Part shown: positions 1 through 9,641 of the stretch, piece by piece
Layout: each line of letters opens with the position of its first letter
Position numbering within the stretch: position 1 is the first letter of the stretch
Notes under the pieces: generated by a model
What the model was told of the DNA's origin: nothing
The model's database searches: none
What the model saw: only the letters and a program-made list of their open reading frames with translations
Source: Candidatus Eiseniibacteriota bacterium
Lineage (GTDB): Bacteria; Eisenbacteria; RBG-16-71-46; JABDJR01
Assembly (NCBI GenBank): GCA_963762255.1
Contig: CAVXKA010000001.1
Location: 1,056,001-1,120,000 of the forward strand
Direction: 5' to 3'
DNA: 64,000 nucleotides
Translations under genes and position numbers: made by a program

Positions 1-46
1 GTCGATTGGGGCCGCGCCGCGCGAGTGAGCGGGGTGGGTGAGCGGG

Positions 47-66
47 TTGATCACCCGGGTGAGCAT
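47..66. repeat. Dispersed palindrome, copy 1 (TTGATCACCCGGGTGAGCAT; consensus ATGCTCACCCGGGTGAGCAT)
   Basis: 18/20 identical to the perfect palindrome at 15325-15344; a third copy lies at 58087-58106. Confidence 0.7.
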
Positions 67-107
67 TGTGTAGTGCGCGCGTTGGACGGCGGTGGACTTG
101 AGCCGCG

Positions 108-167
108 GCCAAACGCCTGAATCAAGCCGCGCCGCGAAGCGACGGCGGCTTGAATGAGTCGTCAGGC
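108..167 (-). mobile_element. Integron attC site (about 60 bp, aadA-like type) of the methyltransferase cassette
   Basis: Minus strand GCCTGAC-gactcattcaagccgccgtcgcttcgcggcgcggcttgattcaggc-GTTTGGC. Imperfect inverted repeat closely resembling the 60-bp aadA-type attC as recalled; lies 46 bp downstream of the 214..960 stop. Confidence 0.8.
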
Positions 168-213
168 ATGATTGGATTTTCCCCGCTTTCTGAGTCGCCC
201 GGTAATGCCCTCA

Positions 214-960
214 TCACCGCCTCATCAGCGCGAACACACCCCAGCCCACGTATTCACGCGTGTAGGCGGCGTAGCGCTCGGGTTCCGAGGTCAGTGTGGC
301 TCGAACATCTTTCGCGAACTCGTCGTCGGGATTGGCTTCAAGCCATCGGCGCATGGTGAGCCATTTGGCCGCCTCGTATCTGTCCCAGCCGTCCTGGTCA
401 GCCAGAACCATTTCAACGACGTCGTAGCCAAGGTGGCCGAAAGACGCTAGAAGTCCTGGAAGCATGAGAAAGTCGGAGATTGAGTGGGCAAGACACCCCT
501 TGGCAACATCTTCCGTCGGCGGTAACTGCCGCCAGTAGGGCTCGCCGATGAGGATGATTCCTCCGGTGCGCAGGCTCCGCGCCAGAAGCTCGATAGTGCC
601 GACGACTCCCCCGGCGATCCATGTAGCACCGAGACAGGCTGCCACACCGGCCTTGTCGTCCGAGACGTAGCCGGCAGCATCGCCATGGATGAACTTGACT
701 TGATGGGCGACGCCGAGTTCTTCAGCGCGGAGTTTCGCTTGCTCGGTGAACAACTGGCTCATGTCGATGCCGGTGCCGATGACGCCGTAATCGCGAGCCC
801 AGGTGCACAGCATCTCCCCCGAACCGCTGCCGAGGTCGAGCACCCGGGACCCCGATTCCAGACGCAGCGCCGCGCCGAGCGTGGCGAGCTTATCGGGTGT
901 GAACGGGTTATGGATGCGGTGAGCACTTTCGGAGATGTTGAAGATCCGTGGGATGTCCAT
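214..960 (-). CDS. Class I SAM-dependent methyltransferase, YjhP-like (integron cassette gene)
   Basis: VLDLGSGSGE SAM motif; N-terminus MDIPRIFNISESAHRIHNPFT typical of YjhP-like proteins; flanked by attC sites. Confidence 0.9.
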   Translation of the reverse strand: MDIPRIFNISESAHRIHNPFTPDKLATLGAALRLESGSRVLDLGSGSGEMLCTWARDYGVIGTGIDMSQLFTEQAKLRAEELGVAHQVKFIHGDAAGYVSDDKAGVAACLGATWIAGGVVGTIELLARSLRTGGIILIGEPYWRQLPPTEDVAKGCLAHSISDFLMLPGLLASFGHLGYDVVEMVLADQDGWDRYEAAKWLTMRRWLEANPDDEFAKDVRATLTSEPERYAAYTREYVGWGVFALMRR

Positions 961-1001
961 TGTGAGAAATTCCCTTACGGGTGTGAATAGATTCGGTCAG
1001 G

Positions 1002-1075
1002 GCCTGACGCTATGGCGTTGATTTGCGGGCGGGCGCCACCGGCGACCGACCGTCATGTCCAACGCCTGGTTGGGC
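1002..1075 (-). mobile_element. Integron attC site (74 bp) of the 1099..1506 cassette
   Basis: Minus strand GCCCAAC-caGGCGTTGGA...TCAACGCCatagc-GTCAGGC: canonical RYYYAAC start, paired GGCGTTG/CAACGCC arms, central GC hairpin; 23 bp after the stop codon. Confidence 0.75.
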
Positions 1076-1098
1076 AGCGCAAAGTGATGGATATGTTC

Positions 1099-1506
1099 TC
1101 ATAGCGAGCCCCACAGAAAGAGACTGCGACTGCCGTCGCCGATCGAACCCGCGATGGAAACCAGGGCGACGATCACATGCTCCACATCAGCCGGCGCGCA
1201 GGCAAGCTCTTCAGTGGCCGCCCACCGTTTTGCTGCCGCGGCGACTCCCTCCGAATCGAGTCTACGCAGGAGTTCTACGAACGCGGCCGGGAACTTGAAT
1301 GTCCACGTCTCGCCGCTCGGCCGCACCTCCTCCAGGGCATGGGAGTCCGGGCTCCATTCCTTCCCCTCCAGGATCGCCCAGAGCGTCTCGAATTCCAGAT
1401 TCGTCAGGCCGCCGAGTTGCACGCTCTGGAAACCGGCCGCGGAGTCGCCGTCATAGGACCTCGCCTCCTCATCGGTCCCCACGAATAGCTCGGTCAGAAT
1501 CCCCAT
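1099..1506 (-). CDS. Hypothetical protein, 135 aa (cassette-associated)
   Basis: Globular C-terminal part of the long 1099..2919 ORF; ATG at 1506 with GGAGGA RBS; followed by attC. Confidence 0.75.
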   Translation of the reverse strand: MGILTELFVGTDEEARSYDGDSAAGFQSVQLGGLTNLEFETLWAILEGKEWSPDSHALEEVRPSGETWTFKFPAAFVELLRRLDSEGVAAAAKRWAATEELACAPADVEHVIVALVSIAGSIGDGSRSLFLWGSL

Positions 1507-1610
1507 CTGATCCTCCGATAGCCTGCAGGGAGTGGAGCAGACTCCGCTTTCGATCCCGCCCCCGCGCGTCCGGTCCGGTTGACCGCAACGGTCAGCCGCC
1601 GCGCCGCCGC

Positions 1611-2210
1611 CTACTCCTCCCGCGGCCTCGGCTTGACCGCCTCCGCCACCGCTTCGGGGGGCGTCGTGGGGATCTGACGCAGCGCCTCGCGCCGCGCCTC
1701 CTCCAGGGAGGCGGCGCGCAGCTTCCACCGATACGGCGCCATCGACACCGGGGTCTGGTCGTCGATCTCCCCGCGCTCGTCGAGGGCCTTCATTTGTGCG
1801 TAGGTGTAGAGCCGCACCGGGATCGTGGGGATATAGAACCATGTGTGCTCGACGAGCCACGCATCCGGCTCGTCGGCGATGAGCCACGCCACGAGACCCG
1901 GCTCGAGGATCTCCTTCTCCCCGTCGAGCGTGACCCCGCGCAGCGAAGAATCGGCCAGGATGGGGGTTAGCCGCGTGGGGACGACCCATGCGCTGTCCGC
2001 GACGGCTGCATCCGCCGCCGCTGCGAGGCCCGGGCGCTTGGGTATCGTGCGCGGATCCGGGCCCGGGCCGCTCGTCTGCACGATGCGCGTCACGACGAAT
2101 CCGGTGATGGCGACGACCAGGATCAGGCCGAACGCGAGGACGCGAGAGCCGGGGATGCGGCGGCGGGCGAGCTTCGATGCGTCGGGTGCAGGAGGGCTGA
2201 TCGACGACAT
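1611..2210 (-). CDS. Hypothetical single-TM membrane protein
   Basis: N-terminal hydrophobic helix (VLAFGLILVVAITGFVV); a good sigma70-like promoter lies immediately upstream. Confidence 0.65.
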   Translation of the reverse strand: MSSISPPAPDASKLARRRIPGSRVLAFGLILVVAITGFVVTRIVQTSGPGPDPRTIPKRPGLAAAADAAVADSAWVVPTRLTPILADSSLRGVTLDGEKEILEPGLVAWLIADEPDAWLVEHTWFYIPTIPVRLYTYAQMKALDERGEIDDQTPVSMAPYRWKLRAASLEEARREALRQIPTTPPEAVAEAVKPRPREE

Positions 2211-2219
2211 GGTGACGCG

Positions 2220-2248
2220 AATCTAGCCCGGCGTGAGCGAGTTGGCAA
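2220..2248 (-). promoter_or_regulatory. Sigma70-type promoter (TTGCCA-N17-TAGATT), nearly leaderless transcript
   Basis: -35 at 2248-2243 and -10 at 2225-2220; the ATG is at 2210. Confidence 0.5.
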
Positions 2249-2297
2249 GGTAGCCGGATCGCTGGAAGTTCTGCGATCGCCGGGGACCGGCCGCCGG

Positions 2298-2528
2298 TCA
2301 GCCTGTCTGGCGCTTGCGGAAGTAGGCGAAGAGCGCGGCCAGTCCGCCCACCAGAATGAGCGCGCCGACCACTCGGAAGAGGCTGATGATCCAGGCGATC
2401 CCGATGCCGAGCGCCGCCCACTGAACCCACCAGTGCCCCGGCGACGTCACCAGGTTGATGACGAAGAGCAGGGCCAGGATCATCGGGCCGACGAACAGGA
2501 ATCTCACCGCACGCAGGGTTCTGAGCAT
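2298..2528 (-). CDS. Small membrane protein (2TM-domain-like)
   Basis: 76 aa, hydrophobic; LFVINLVTSPGHWWVQWAALGIG pattern; GGAG RBS upstream. Confidence 0.75.
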   Translation of the reverse strand: MLRTLRAVRFLFVGPMILALLFVINLVTSPGHWWVQWAALGIGIAWIISLFRVVGALILVGGLAALFAYFRKRQTG

Positions 2529-2560
2529 CGACTTGTCTCCCTCGGAAGGCCCTACGGGAT

Positions 2561-2639
2561 ACCGGCCGCGGCGGTTGCAGGGACTTGGGAGGGGGACCGG
2601 CCGCGCCGGTTGCAGGGACTTCGGAGGGGGTCCGGCCGC
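2561..2639. repeat. 35-bp intergenic tandem repeat, about 2.3 copies
   Basis: accggccgcggcggttgcagggacttgggaggggg / accggccgcgccggttgcagggacttcggaggggg / tccggccgc. Confidence 0.85.
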
Positions 2640-2660
2640 CCCGCCAGCGACAATCCGGGC

Positions 2661-2951
2661 CTAGGCCACCGCTTCCGCCGGCACCGCGAACATGCGGATC
2701 TCGTCGCAGCACTGCGAGCGTACGGAGTACTCCCGCACCGCCGCGACCAGGCGGTCGGCCTCCTCGGCGCCGACCACCGCCAGCAGCATGCTCGTCGTGC
2801 CCGGAAACGCCCGCGTGCCCAGCTTGCGGCCGCTCTTGCCCGCCCCCAGCACGTTCGGGATCTCGGTGTAGGCGTGGATCTCGTGCTTGTCGATCACTTC
2901 CTGCACGTCGGCGAGGCAATCCGACGGAACCAGCACCATCAGCATTTTCAT
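2661..2951 (-). CDS. P-II-like transporter-associated protein (PG0541-like)
   Basis: 96 aa, AYTEIPNVLGAGKSG...FPGTTS pattern; ATGA overlap with the RND stop codon. Confidence 0.75.
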   Translation of the reverse strand: MKMLMVLVPSDCLADVQEVIDKHEIHAYTEIPNVLGAGKSGRKLGTRAFPGTTSMLLAVVGAEEADRLVAAVREYSVRSQCCDEIRMFAVPAEAVA

Positions 2952-5900
2952 GATTGTTCCTCCACCGCGACCGGCGTTTCGAGGCGCTTGCGCTCCATCA
3001 TGTAGTACAGGATCGGGACGACCACCAAGGTGAGCACGGTGGCGGTGATGGAGCCTCCGATCAACGAGATCGCCAGCCCCTGGAAGATCGGATCGACCAG
3101 GATTACCAAAGCGCCCACGACTACCGTCCCCGCGGTCAGCACGATCGGCCGCAGCCGCACCGCGCCAGATTCCAGGATCGCTTCCTTCAGCGGAAGCCCC
3201 CGCTCCAGCGCAAGGTTGACGAAGTCGAGCAGCAGCACGCCGTTTCGCACCATCACGCCGGCCAGGGCGATGAACCCGATCATCGACGTAGCGGTGAAGA
3301 ACCCGCCGAACGCCCAGTGGCCGAGGATGATGCCGATCAGGCTCAACGGAATCGAGACCATCATGACCAGCGGCGTGATCAAATTCTTGAACCATCCCGC
3401 GATGAGCATGTAGATGAGGAGGAGCACGACGCCGAAGGCCATTCCGAGATCGCGAAACACCTGCCGCGTGATCTCCCACTCGCCGTCCCAGCGCACCGCA
3501 TAGGCATCCTGGGTCCGCGGCTGCGCCGCGAAGAGCTGGGTCACCGGTTCGCCGCGCGATCCCGTCAGGGTCTCGATCCGCTTCTTCATGTCGAGGATCG
3601 CGTAGACAGGGCTCTCCTGCTTGCCGGACAGCTCGCCCACCACGTACACCACCGGGCGACCGTTCTTGCGGTAGAGACTCACCGAGCGCTCGTGCTCCAC
3701 CGGGTGCACGAGAGAGGCTGCGGGCACGAGCATCCCCATCTGGGAGGGGACGCGCACATCACCCACCGCGTGGAGCGAGGTCTGCTCGTCGCGCGGCCAG
3801 CGCACCACCATGGGTACCGGCTCGAAGAGATCCTCCATGTGAAGGTTTCCGACCGGAACTCCGCTGAGCGCCATATATACCGATTGTGCCACCGCGGCGG
3901 GCGCGACTCCCGTCAACGCGGCCTGGGTGCGATCCACCTCGAGGGTCCATTCCTTCTGCGGCGCCTCGACCATCCAGTCCACGTCCACCACGCCGGGGGT
4001 GGACTCCATGATGTCGCGTACCTTGCGCGCGAGCTCGAGCCGCTGCTCCTGGTCCGGTCCGTACACTTCGGCGACCAAGGTCGAGAGCACCGGCGGTCCG
4101 GGCGGGAGTTCGACGACCTTGATGTCGGCGCCGTGGCGCTGAGCCGCCGGAAGCGCGCGCTCGCGGAGCACGCCTGCCAACTGGTGGCTCTTGCGCTTGC
4201 GCTCCCCCTTGGGCAGCAGGTTCACCTGGATGTCGGCCGACTCCGGACCGCGCCGGTAGTCGTAGTGCCGCACGAGACCGTTGAAGGTAATGGGACCGGC
4301 GGCGCCGGTGTAGACCTGCATGCCGGTTACTTCAGGAAGCGACGAGAGCGCGCTCGCGATGTCGCGCGCGGCGGCGTCGGTGGTCTCCAGAGGCGTGCCC
4401 TCGGGCATGTCCACCAAGACCTGCATCTCGCTCTTGTTGTCGAAGGGGAGCATCTTGACGGTGACGACCTTGAGCGGCAAGAGCGTCAGCGTCGCCAGAA
4501 GCAGGAGGGTGATCCCGCCCAGGACCATCATGCCCTTGCGCGGTTCGTCGAGCAGCGGCCCCAGCACGCGATCGTAGAACTTGCGGAGCTTGGGCGGCGC
4601 CGTTTCTTCGGCGTGCTCCGAGCCCGCGCCTTCCTTCACCTTGAGCAACCGCTTGCCGAGCCACGGCGCGATGGTCAGCGCGACGATCAGCGAAAAGGTC
4701 ATGGCCATCGACGCGCCGATCGGCATCGGGCGCATGTAGGGGCCCATGAGGCCGCCTACGTAGGCCATGGGGAACACCGAGGCGATGACGGTCAGGGTGG
4801 CGAGCACGGTCGGGTTGCCGACCTCCGATACCGCGGCCAGAATCGCGGAGCGCACGCGCGGCGTGCGACGCATGGCCAGGTGCCGGTAGATGTTCTCGAC
4901 GATGATGATCGAGTCGTCGACCACGATGCCGGTAATGAAGATGAGGGCGAAGAGGGTCACGCGATTGAGCGTGTAGCCGAAGAGGTAGTAGGTGAAAAGC
5001 GTCAGCGCGAAGGTGACCGGCACGGAGACGAACACCACCACGGAGCCGCGGATCCCCAGCACCACCGCGGTGAGCACGGTCACCAGCACGATCGCGATGC
5101 CCAGGTGCTTCAGGAGGTCGGTGGCCTTCTCGTTGGCGGTCTCGCCGTAGTCGCGGGCCACCGTCAGATGGACGTCGGAGGGGATCAGGCGACCGCGCGC
5201 CGAGTCCACGCGCTGGAGAACCGCTTCGGCTACCCGCGTCGCGTCCGCGCCCTTGCGCTTGGCGATTGTAAGCGTGACCGCCGGGGCGCTTGCGCCCGCG
5301 CGCTGTCCGCTTCCGTGCTCGTGCTCGGCTGCGCCGCCGATCATGGCGACGTAGCTCTCGGTCTGCGCGACCTCGACAATGGAGGCCACAGCGCCGAGGC
5401 GTATGGGCCGGCCGTCGGCCACGCCCACCACGACCGAAGCCGACGTCCTCCGGCGTGCGCAAGAATGAGTTGGTGCGAATGAGTGTGGCCTGGTTGCCGT
5501 CCACCACCGTGCCGCCGGGCGCCGCGGCGTTGGCGGCCTGCAGGCTTCCGACGATCTGCTGGGCGGGAATCCCCGCCGCGGCCAGCGCGCGATTGTCGAT
5601 GCGCACTTCGAGCGTGCGCCGCCGCCCTCCGATCAACTCGGTCGCGGAGACGTCTGGGACGCTGCGCACCTCGTCCTCGAACGCGGCGGCGATGTCGCGC
5701 AGCATCGTCTCGTCGCCATTCTCCTGCCAGAAGGTGAGCGAGAGGATCGGCACGTCGTCGATGAGGCGTGCCTTCACCAGAGGCGGCGTCGCCCCCGCCG
5801 GCATGCCGTCCATGCCGCCGGCCAGGGCGTCATAGAGCTTCACCATGCTCCGCTCCTGGTCGTCGCCGACCTTGAAGCGGACGGTGACCATGGCCATGTC

Positions 5901-6182
5901 GCTGAGTGAGGTGGAGTAGACGTACTCGACGCCCGGGAGTTCCATGGCCAGACGCTCGATCGGGCGGGTGACGCGGTCCTCGACTTCGGACGGAGACGCG
6001 CCGGGCAGCCCGACGATCACATCGGCGAAGGGCACCACGATCTGCGGCTCTTCCTCGCGCGGCGTCTTGGCGATCGCAAGTGCGCCGAGTAGCAGCGCCG
6101 CGATCATGATGAGCGAGGTGAGCTTGGAGTCCAGCGAGACCGCCGCGAGGCGGCCCGCGAGGCCGTAGCCTTCCGGCTTCAT
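2948..6182 (-). CDS. RND efflux transporter permease (AcrB/CzcA superfamily); one-base frameshift near 5437
   Basis: PREEEPQI N-terminus in ORF 4332..6182; GIVVDDSIIIVENI and RLRPIVLT in ORF 2948..5431. Removing one A at 5437-5438 joins them (DVGSVVVGVAD). Confidence 0.9.
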
Positions 6183-7240
6183 CGTGCGACCTCCACCGCA
6201 TCGCCGTCCTCAAGGTCGGTGCGCGGCGCAAGGATGACCGAGCTGCCGGAGGCGATGCCCGCGGTCACCCGACCGTCGGCGGCAAGACGCACCCAGCGAA
6301 GCGCGGCGCGGCCGTCCTGGACCAGGAACACCCCGGTCAGCGGGCCGCGGCGAATGAGCGCCTCGGTGGGGAGGCGGAGCGCGTCATCGCTGCCCGTGCC
6401 GAACAGCGTGGCGCGCACGAACGAGCCGCTCGGAGCGCTCACGCCGTCTGCGCGCAAGTACGCCTCGATGGTGTGCCGATCCGCGCCGGGCGTGACGCGA
6501 TCCACGACTGCGGGGTACGCGGTGTCACCGGTCATGGCGATCGTGATCGACGCGCTGTCGCCGGGCGCGACCGGCCACTGCGCCTCGGCGGGAAGCGTGA
6601 TGCGTACTTCCAGGCTGCCGGGATCTTCCATCGCCACCACCGGCTGGCCCGGCAGGGCGAGATCGCCGGCGCGGGCGAAGCGGCGCACCACCACGCCGTC
6701 GCGCGGCGCGCGCAGGACGGCGTAGTCCAGGTTCTGCCGGCTCATCGTCGCCATCGCCTTGGCCTGCTCGTAGCCGGCCCTGGCGCCGGCAGCGGCGACC
6801 TCCATCATCTCCAGATCGCGCGGGGTAACCACCTGACTCACGGCGAGGCGGCGAAAGCGCTCGGCCTGCCGCTCCGACATCTCGGCGTTCACCTGCGCCG
6901 CTTGCTCCGCCGCCTTCGACTGCGCGAGGGCGGAGGCCAGCTCGGGGGAATCGAGGCGCGCGAGCACGTCGCCGCGGCGCACCACGGTGCCCTCGGTGAC
7001 GGGAAGCTCGACGATTCGACCGGCCACCTTGGTGGCGACATCGATGCGATCGCGCGCCACCAACTCGCCGGACACGTCCAGGCGGGCACGCTCGCTCGCG
7101 GGGGCGATCGCCTCGGCGCGAACGCGCACCGGGGCCTTCTCTTCCTTGGTCGGCACGCTCTCGCCGCGACCGCACGACGCGGCGCCGAACGCGAGCGCCA
7201 CCAGCGCCATCGAGGTGAGCACGAACGATTGCTTCTTCAT
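6179..7240 (-). CDS. RND periplasmic adaptor (MFP) lipoprotein
   Basis: Lipobox AASC; lipoyl half-motifs VAGRIVELPVTEG and LRAPRDGVV; in operon with the RND permease and TolC. Confidence 0.9.
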   Translation of the reverse strand: MKKQSFVLTSMALVALAFGAASCGRGESVPTKEEKAPVRVRAEAIAPASERARLDVSGELVARDRIDVATKVAGRIVELPVTEGTVVRRGDVLARLDSPELASALAQSKAAEQAAQVNAEMSERQAERFRRLAVSQVVTPRDLEMMEVAAAGARAGYEQAKAMATMSRQNLDYAVLRAPRDGVVVRRFARAGDLALPGQPVVAMEDPGSLEVRITLPAEAQWPVAPGDSASITIAMTGDTAYPAVVDRVTPGADRHTIEAYLRADGVSAPSGSFVRATLFGTGSDDALRLPTEALIRRGPLTGVFLVQDGRAALRWVRLAADGRVTAGIASGSSVILAPRTDLEDGDAVEVAR

Positions 7241-8637
7241 CGGGATTCCTCCGCGGAGATCAGGGTCCCCGCTGCGAGCTTGAGGGCGGCCAAGGCGAGC
7301 GCGCGATCCGTGCGCGCCGCCGCTGCTCCGAGCCGCGTGCGGGTCAATGCGTCCTGGGATTGGGTGAGTTCAAGGGTGGTGACGAGACCTTCACGATGGC
7401 GTTCCTCGACGAGCCGGAACGACTCCTGTGAGGCGGCCACCGCGGCGTCGAGCGCCGCCGTCTGCAGTTGAGCCGCAGCCAGACGCTCGTACGCGGTGCG
7501 CGCTTCGTGAGCGGCGTTGCGGCTGGTCATGTCGTAGGCCTGCTGAGCGGCCTGCGCCCGCGCCGAGGCGGAGCGCACGCGCCCCGGGGCGCCGGCGTCG
7601 AGCCGCCACCGCGCGCCGAGGCCGACCATCCACTGGTTGCCCCCTTCGCCGAAGAAGTCCTGGCTGTTGTGCTCGGTCCCCGCCATGACCTCCATCGCGG
7701 GGAGAAGTTCGGCGCGGGCAACGCCGCGCATGGCGTTTGCGGCGCGCCACTGTTCGCGCGCCGCGCGCACGTCGCCGCGCTCTGTCGAGGTGTCGATCGC
7801 CTCCGAAAGAAGGGGAGCGGGGGAACCCTCGTGCTCACCGGGTTGCTGCAACGTGTCCTCGATGGGTTCTTCCGCTCCCAAGACCAAACCCAGCACGCCT
7901 CGCGCCTCCGCGCTGTCCGCGGCCGCACCGGCGACCATCGCCTCCATCTCGCGCACGTGGGCGACCAACGACTGGCGATCCGATTGAAGCGCCAGCCCCT
8001 GCGCCCAGAGGCTCTCCACCCGCGCCGCCTGCCCGCGCGCGGTGCCCAGCGAGGCGCGCAGAACAGCGACGCGTTCCTCGGAGAGGAGCGCCATGCGAAA
8101 CGCGCGCTCGGCATCGAACGCGGTGGCCTGCGACGTGCGCTGCGCGTTCTGATCGGCGGCCTCGGCCTGCGCCCGCGCCGCGTTCAGGCCCGACGTGATC
8201 GCGCCGCCGGTCCAGATCGGCTGGTGCACGCTGATCGCCGCGCGCCAGTTGGACACGGGATCCGGGGTGTTGAGGATCGAGAGGTCGAAGGCCCCTTTCT
8301 CGGGATCGAAGGTGCCGAAGTTGCTCGGCCCGAATCGCTCCTGAGCGAGCAGGCTTCCGAACACGTAGACCGGATGATCGGTCCGGCTCGCGCCAAGCTC
8401 GGCCTCCACGCGCGGGAGGCGGCTCAGGGAGGCGGATTGAGCCTGAAGACGGGCCGCGCGCGCCTCGGCGCGCACCGCCATCAGGCGAGGAGACTGGGAC
8501 AGGGCTCGAGCAATCGCGTCCTCGAGAGAGAGTTCTCCCGCATGGACCGGGCCCGCGGCCACTGCCCCCAGAACCAGAGCCAGCGCGACCGTGAGGCGCG
8601 CTGAGCGGGTTGTCGGAGAAAACAAATGGGTTATCAT
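7237..8637 (-). CDS. TolC family outer membrane efflux protein
   Basis: Signal peptide, LSLEDAIARAL, QPIWTGG, GLVTTLELTQSQ. Confidence 0.9.
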   Translation of the reverse strand: MITHLFSPTTRSARLTVALALVLGAVAAGPVHAGELSLEDAIARALSQSPRLMAVRAEARAARLQAQSASLSRLPRVEAELGASRTDHPVYVFGSLLAQERFGPSNFGTFDPEKGAFDLSILNTPDPVSNWRAAISVHQPIWTGGAITSGLNAARAQAEAADQNAQRTSQATAFDAERAFRMALLSEERVAVLRASLGTARGQAARVESLWAQGLALQSDRQSLVAHVREMEAMVAGAAADSAEARGVLGLVLGAEEPIEDTLQQPGEHEGSPAPLLSEAIDTSTERGDVRAAREQWRAANAMRGVARAELLPAMEVMAGTEHNSQDFFGEGGNQWMVGLGARWRLDAGAPGRVRSASARAQAAQQAYDMTSRNAAHEARTAYERLAAAQLQTAALDAAVAASQESFRLVEERHREGLVTTLELTQSQDALTRTRLGAAAARTDRALALAALKLAAGTLISAEESR

Positions 8638-8679
8638 GCTCGTCCGGTGGTGAGGGTGATTTCTGTTGCCTGGGGTACG

Positions 8680-8705
8680 GACGCTTCGACCCGGGATCGG
8701 TCACA
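8680..8705 (-). promoter_or_regulatory. Putative ECF-sigma promoter (TGTGAC-N16-CGTC) for the tolC-MFP-RND operon
   Basis: ECF-like -35/-10 spacing, 43 bp upstream of the tolC ATG, divergent from the ECF sigma gene. Confidence 0.4.
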
Positions 8706-8735
8706 GGCCGGGCGGCGGCCGGGGGAACGAGGAGC

Positions 8736-9374
8736 ATGGTGAGAAATCGCGAGGACGAGCACGATCCGCAGCGCGGGCGCGAGAGGGAGCGCGACGAGGA
8801 GATCCTCCGAGGCGTACTCAACCGCGATCCAGGAGCGTTCGACCGCTTCGTGGATCGCTTCGGCAACCGTATCTACGCTTTCGGGGTGCGCATGTGCGGC
8901 CACCGCGAGGATGCCGAGGACGTCTTCCAGGAAACTCTGGTCGCGGTCTATCAGAAGCTGGAGACCCTGCGGGAGCCGGGTGCCTTGACCACGTGGCTCT
9001 ACCGCATCGTGGCGAACTCGTGCCTGTCCCGCCGCCGCAAGAGCAAGTTCGCCCCCGATCGCGAGTTATCCCTGGATGAGCTTCTTCCCCAGGGGGGTGT
9101 CGTGGAGGACGGCCCGGCCCTTCCCGACGAGTCGGACCCTTCCAGCGACCTCTACCGCCGGGAACTTTCTGAAGCGCTGGACGCGGCCGTGCGTGACCTT
9201 CCACCCGATTATCGCGTCGTATGGTTGATGCGGGATGTGGAAGGTTTGAGCACCGAAGAAGCCGCGGAGGCCCTGGGGATCACCATCCCCAACGCCAAGA
9301 TGCGTTTGCACCGTGCGCGGCTGACCCTTCGCAAGCGCTTGGCCGCCTACCACCCCGGGGGAGCCTCGGTATGA
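8736..9374 (+). CDS. ECF RNA polymerase sigma factor
   Basis: DAEDVFQET, WLYRIVAN, and region 4 EEAAEALGITIPNAKMRLHRAR; GAGGAG RBS before ATG 8736. Confidence 0.92.
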   Translation: MVRNREDEHDPQRGRERERDEEILRGVLNRDPGAFDRFVDRFGNRIYAFGVRMCGHREDAEDVFQETLVAVYQKLETLREPGALTTWLYRIVANSCLSRRRKSKFAPDRELSLDELLPQGGVVEDGPALPDESDPSSDLYRRELSEALDAAVRDLPPDYRVVWLMRDVEGLSTEEAAEALGITIPNAKMRLHRARLTLRKRLAAYHPGGASV

Positions 9375-9631
9375 GTCACGAACACGAGCACCATCGCGAT
9401 CACGTCTGTGTCGATCTGGCGGAGCGTATTTCGGAGTATCTCGACGGCGAATTGCCGCTGGAGCTGAAGCTCGCGGTAGAGGAGCATGTCGGGACCTGCT
9501 CCAACTGCGAGAAGTTCGTCGATTCGCTCCGGCGGACGCGCGATCTCGCCCATCTCCTTCCTGCGGTGGAACTGCCGCCGGAGCGTCTCAAGGTTCTGTC
9601 CGAGTCCATCAAACGACAATTGGAATCGTAG
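9371..9631 (+). CDS. zf-HC2 anti-sigma factor (soluble)
   Basis: C...YLDGEL...HVGTCSNC (HxxxCxxC); ATGA overlap with the sigma gene. Confidence 0.88.
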   Translation: MSHEHEHHRDHVCVDLAERISEYLDGELPLELKLAVEEHVGTCSNCEKFVDSLRRTRDLAHLLPAVELPPERLKVLSESIKRQLES

Positions 9632-9641
9632 GAGGAATACC

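Noticed and set aside
1-87. Possible third attC starting at GTCCAAC (minus strand, 87-81)
   Set aside because: Only 20 bp from the previous attC, no intervening ORF, and no matching L boxes or closing GTTRRRY within the window.
2561-2639. 35-bp repeats as a CRISPR array
   Set aside because: Copies are directly adjacent with no spacers, and there are no cas genes.
1099-2919. 606-aa ORF, and the many other long Arg/Pro/Gly-rich ORFs antisense to or overlapping real genes (e.g. 2954..5482, 23670..25466, 28700..30655)
   Set aside because: Shadow ORFs typical of high-GC DNA; no motifs. Only 1099..1506 of this one has an RBS and protein-like composition.
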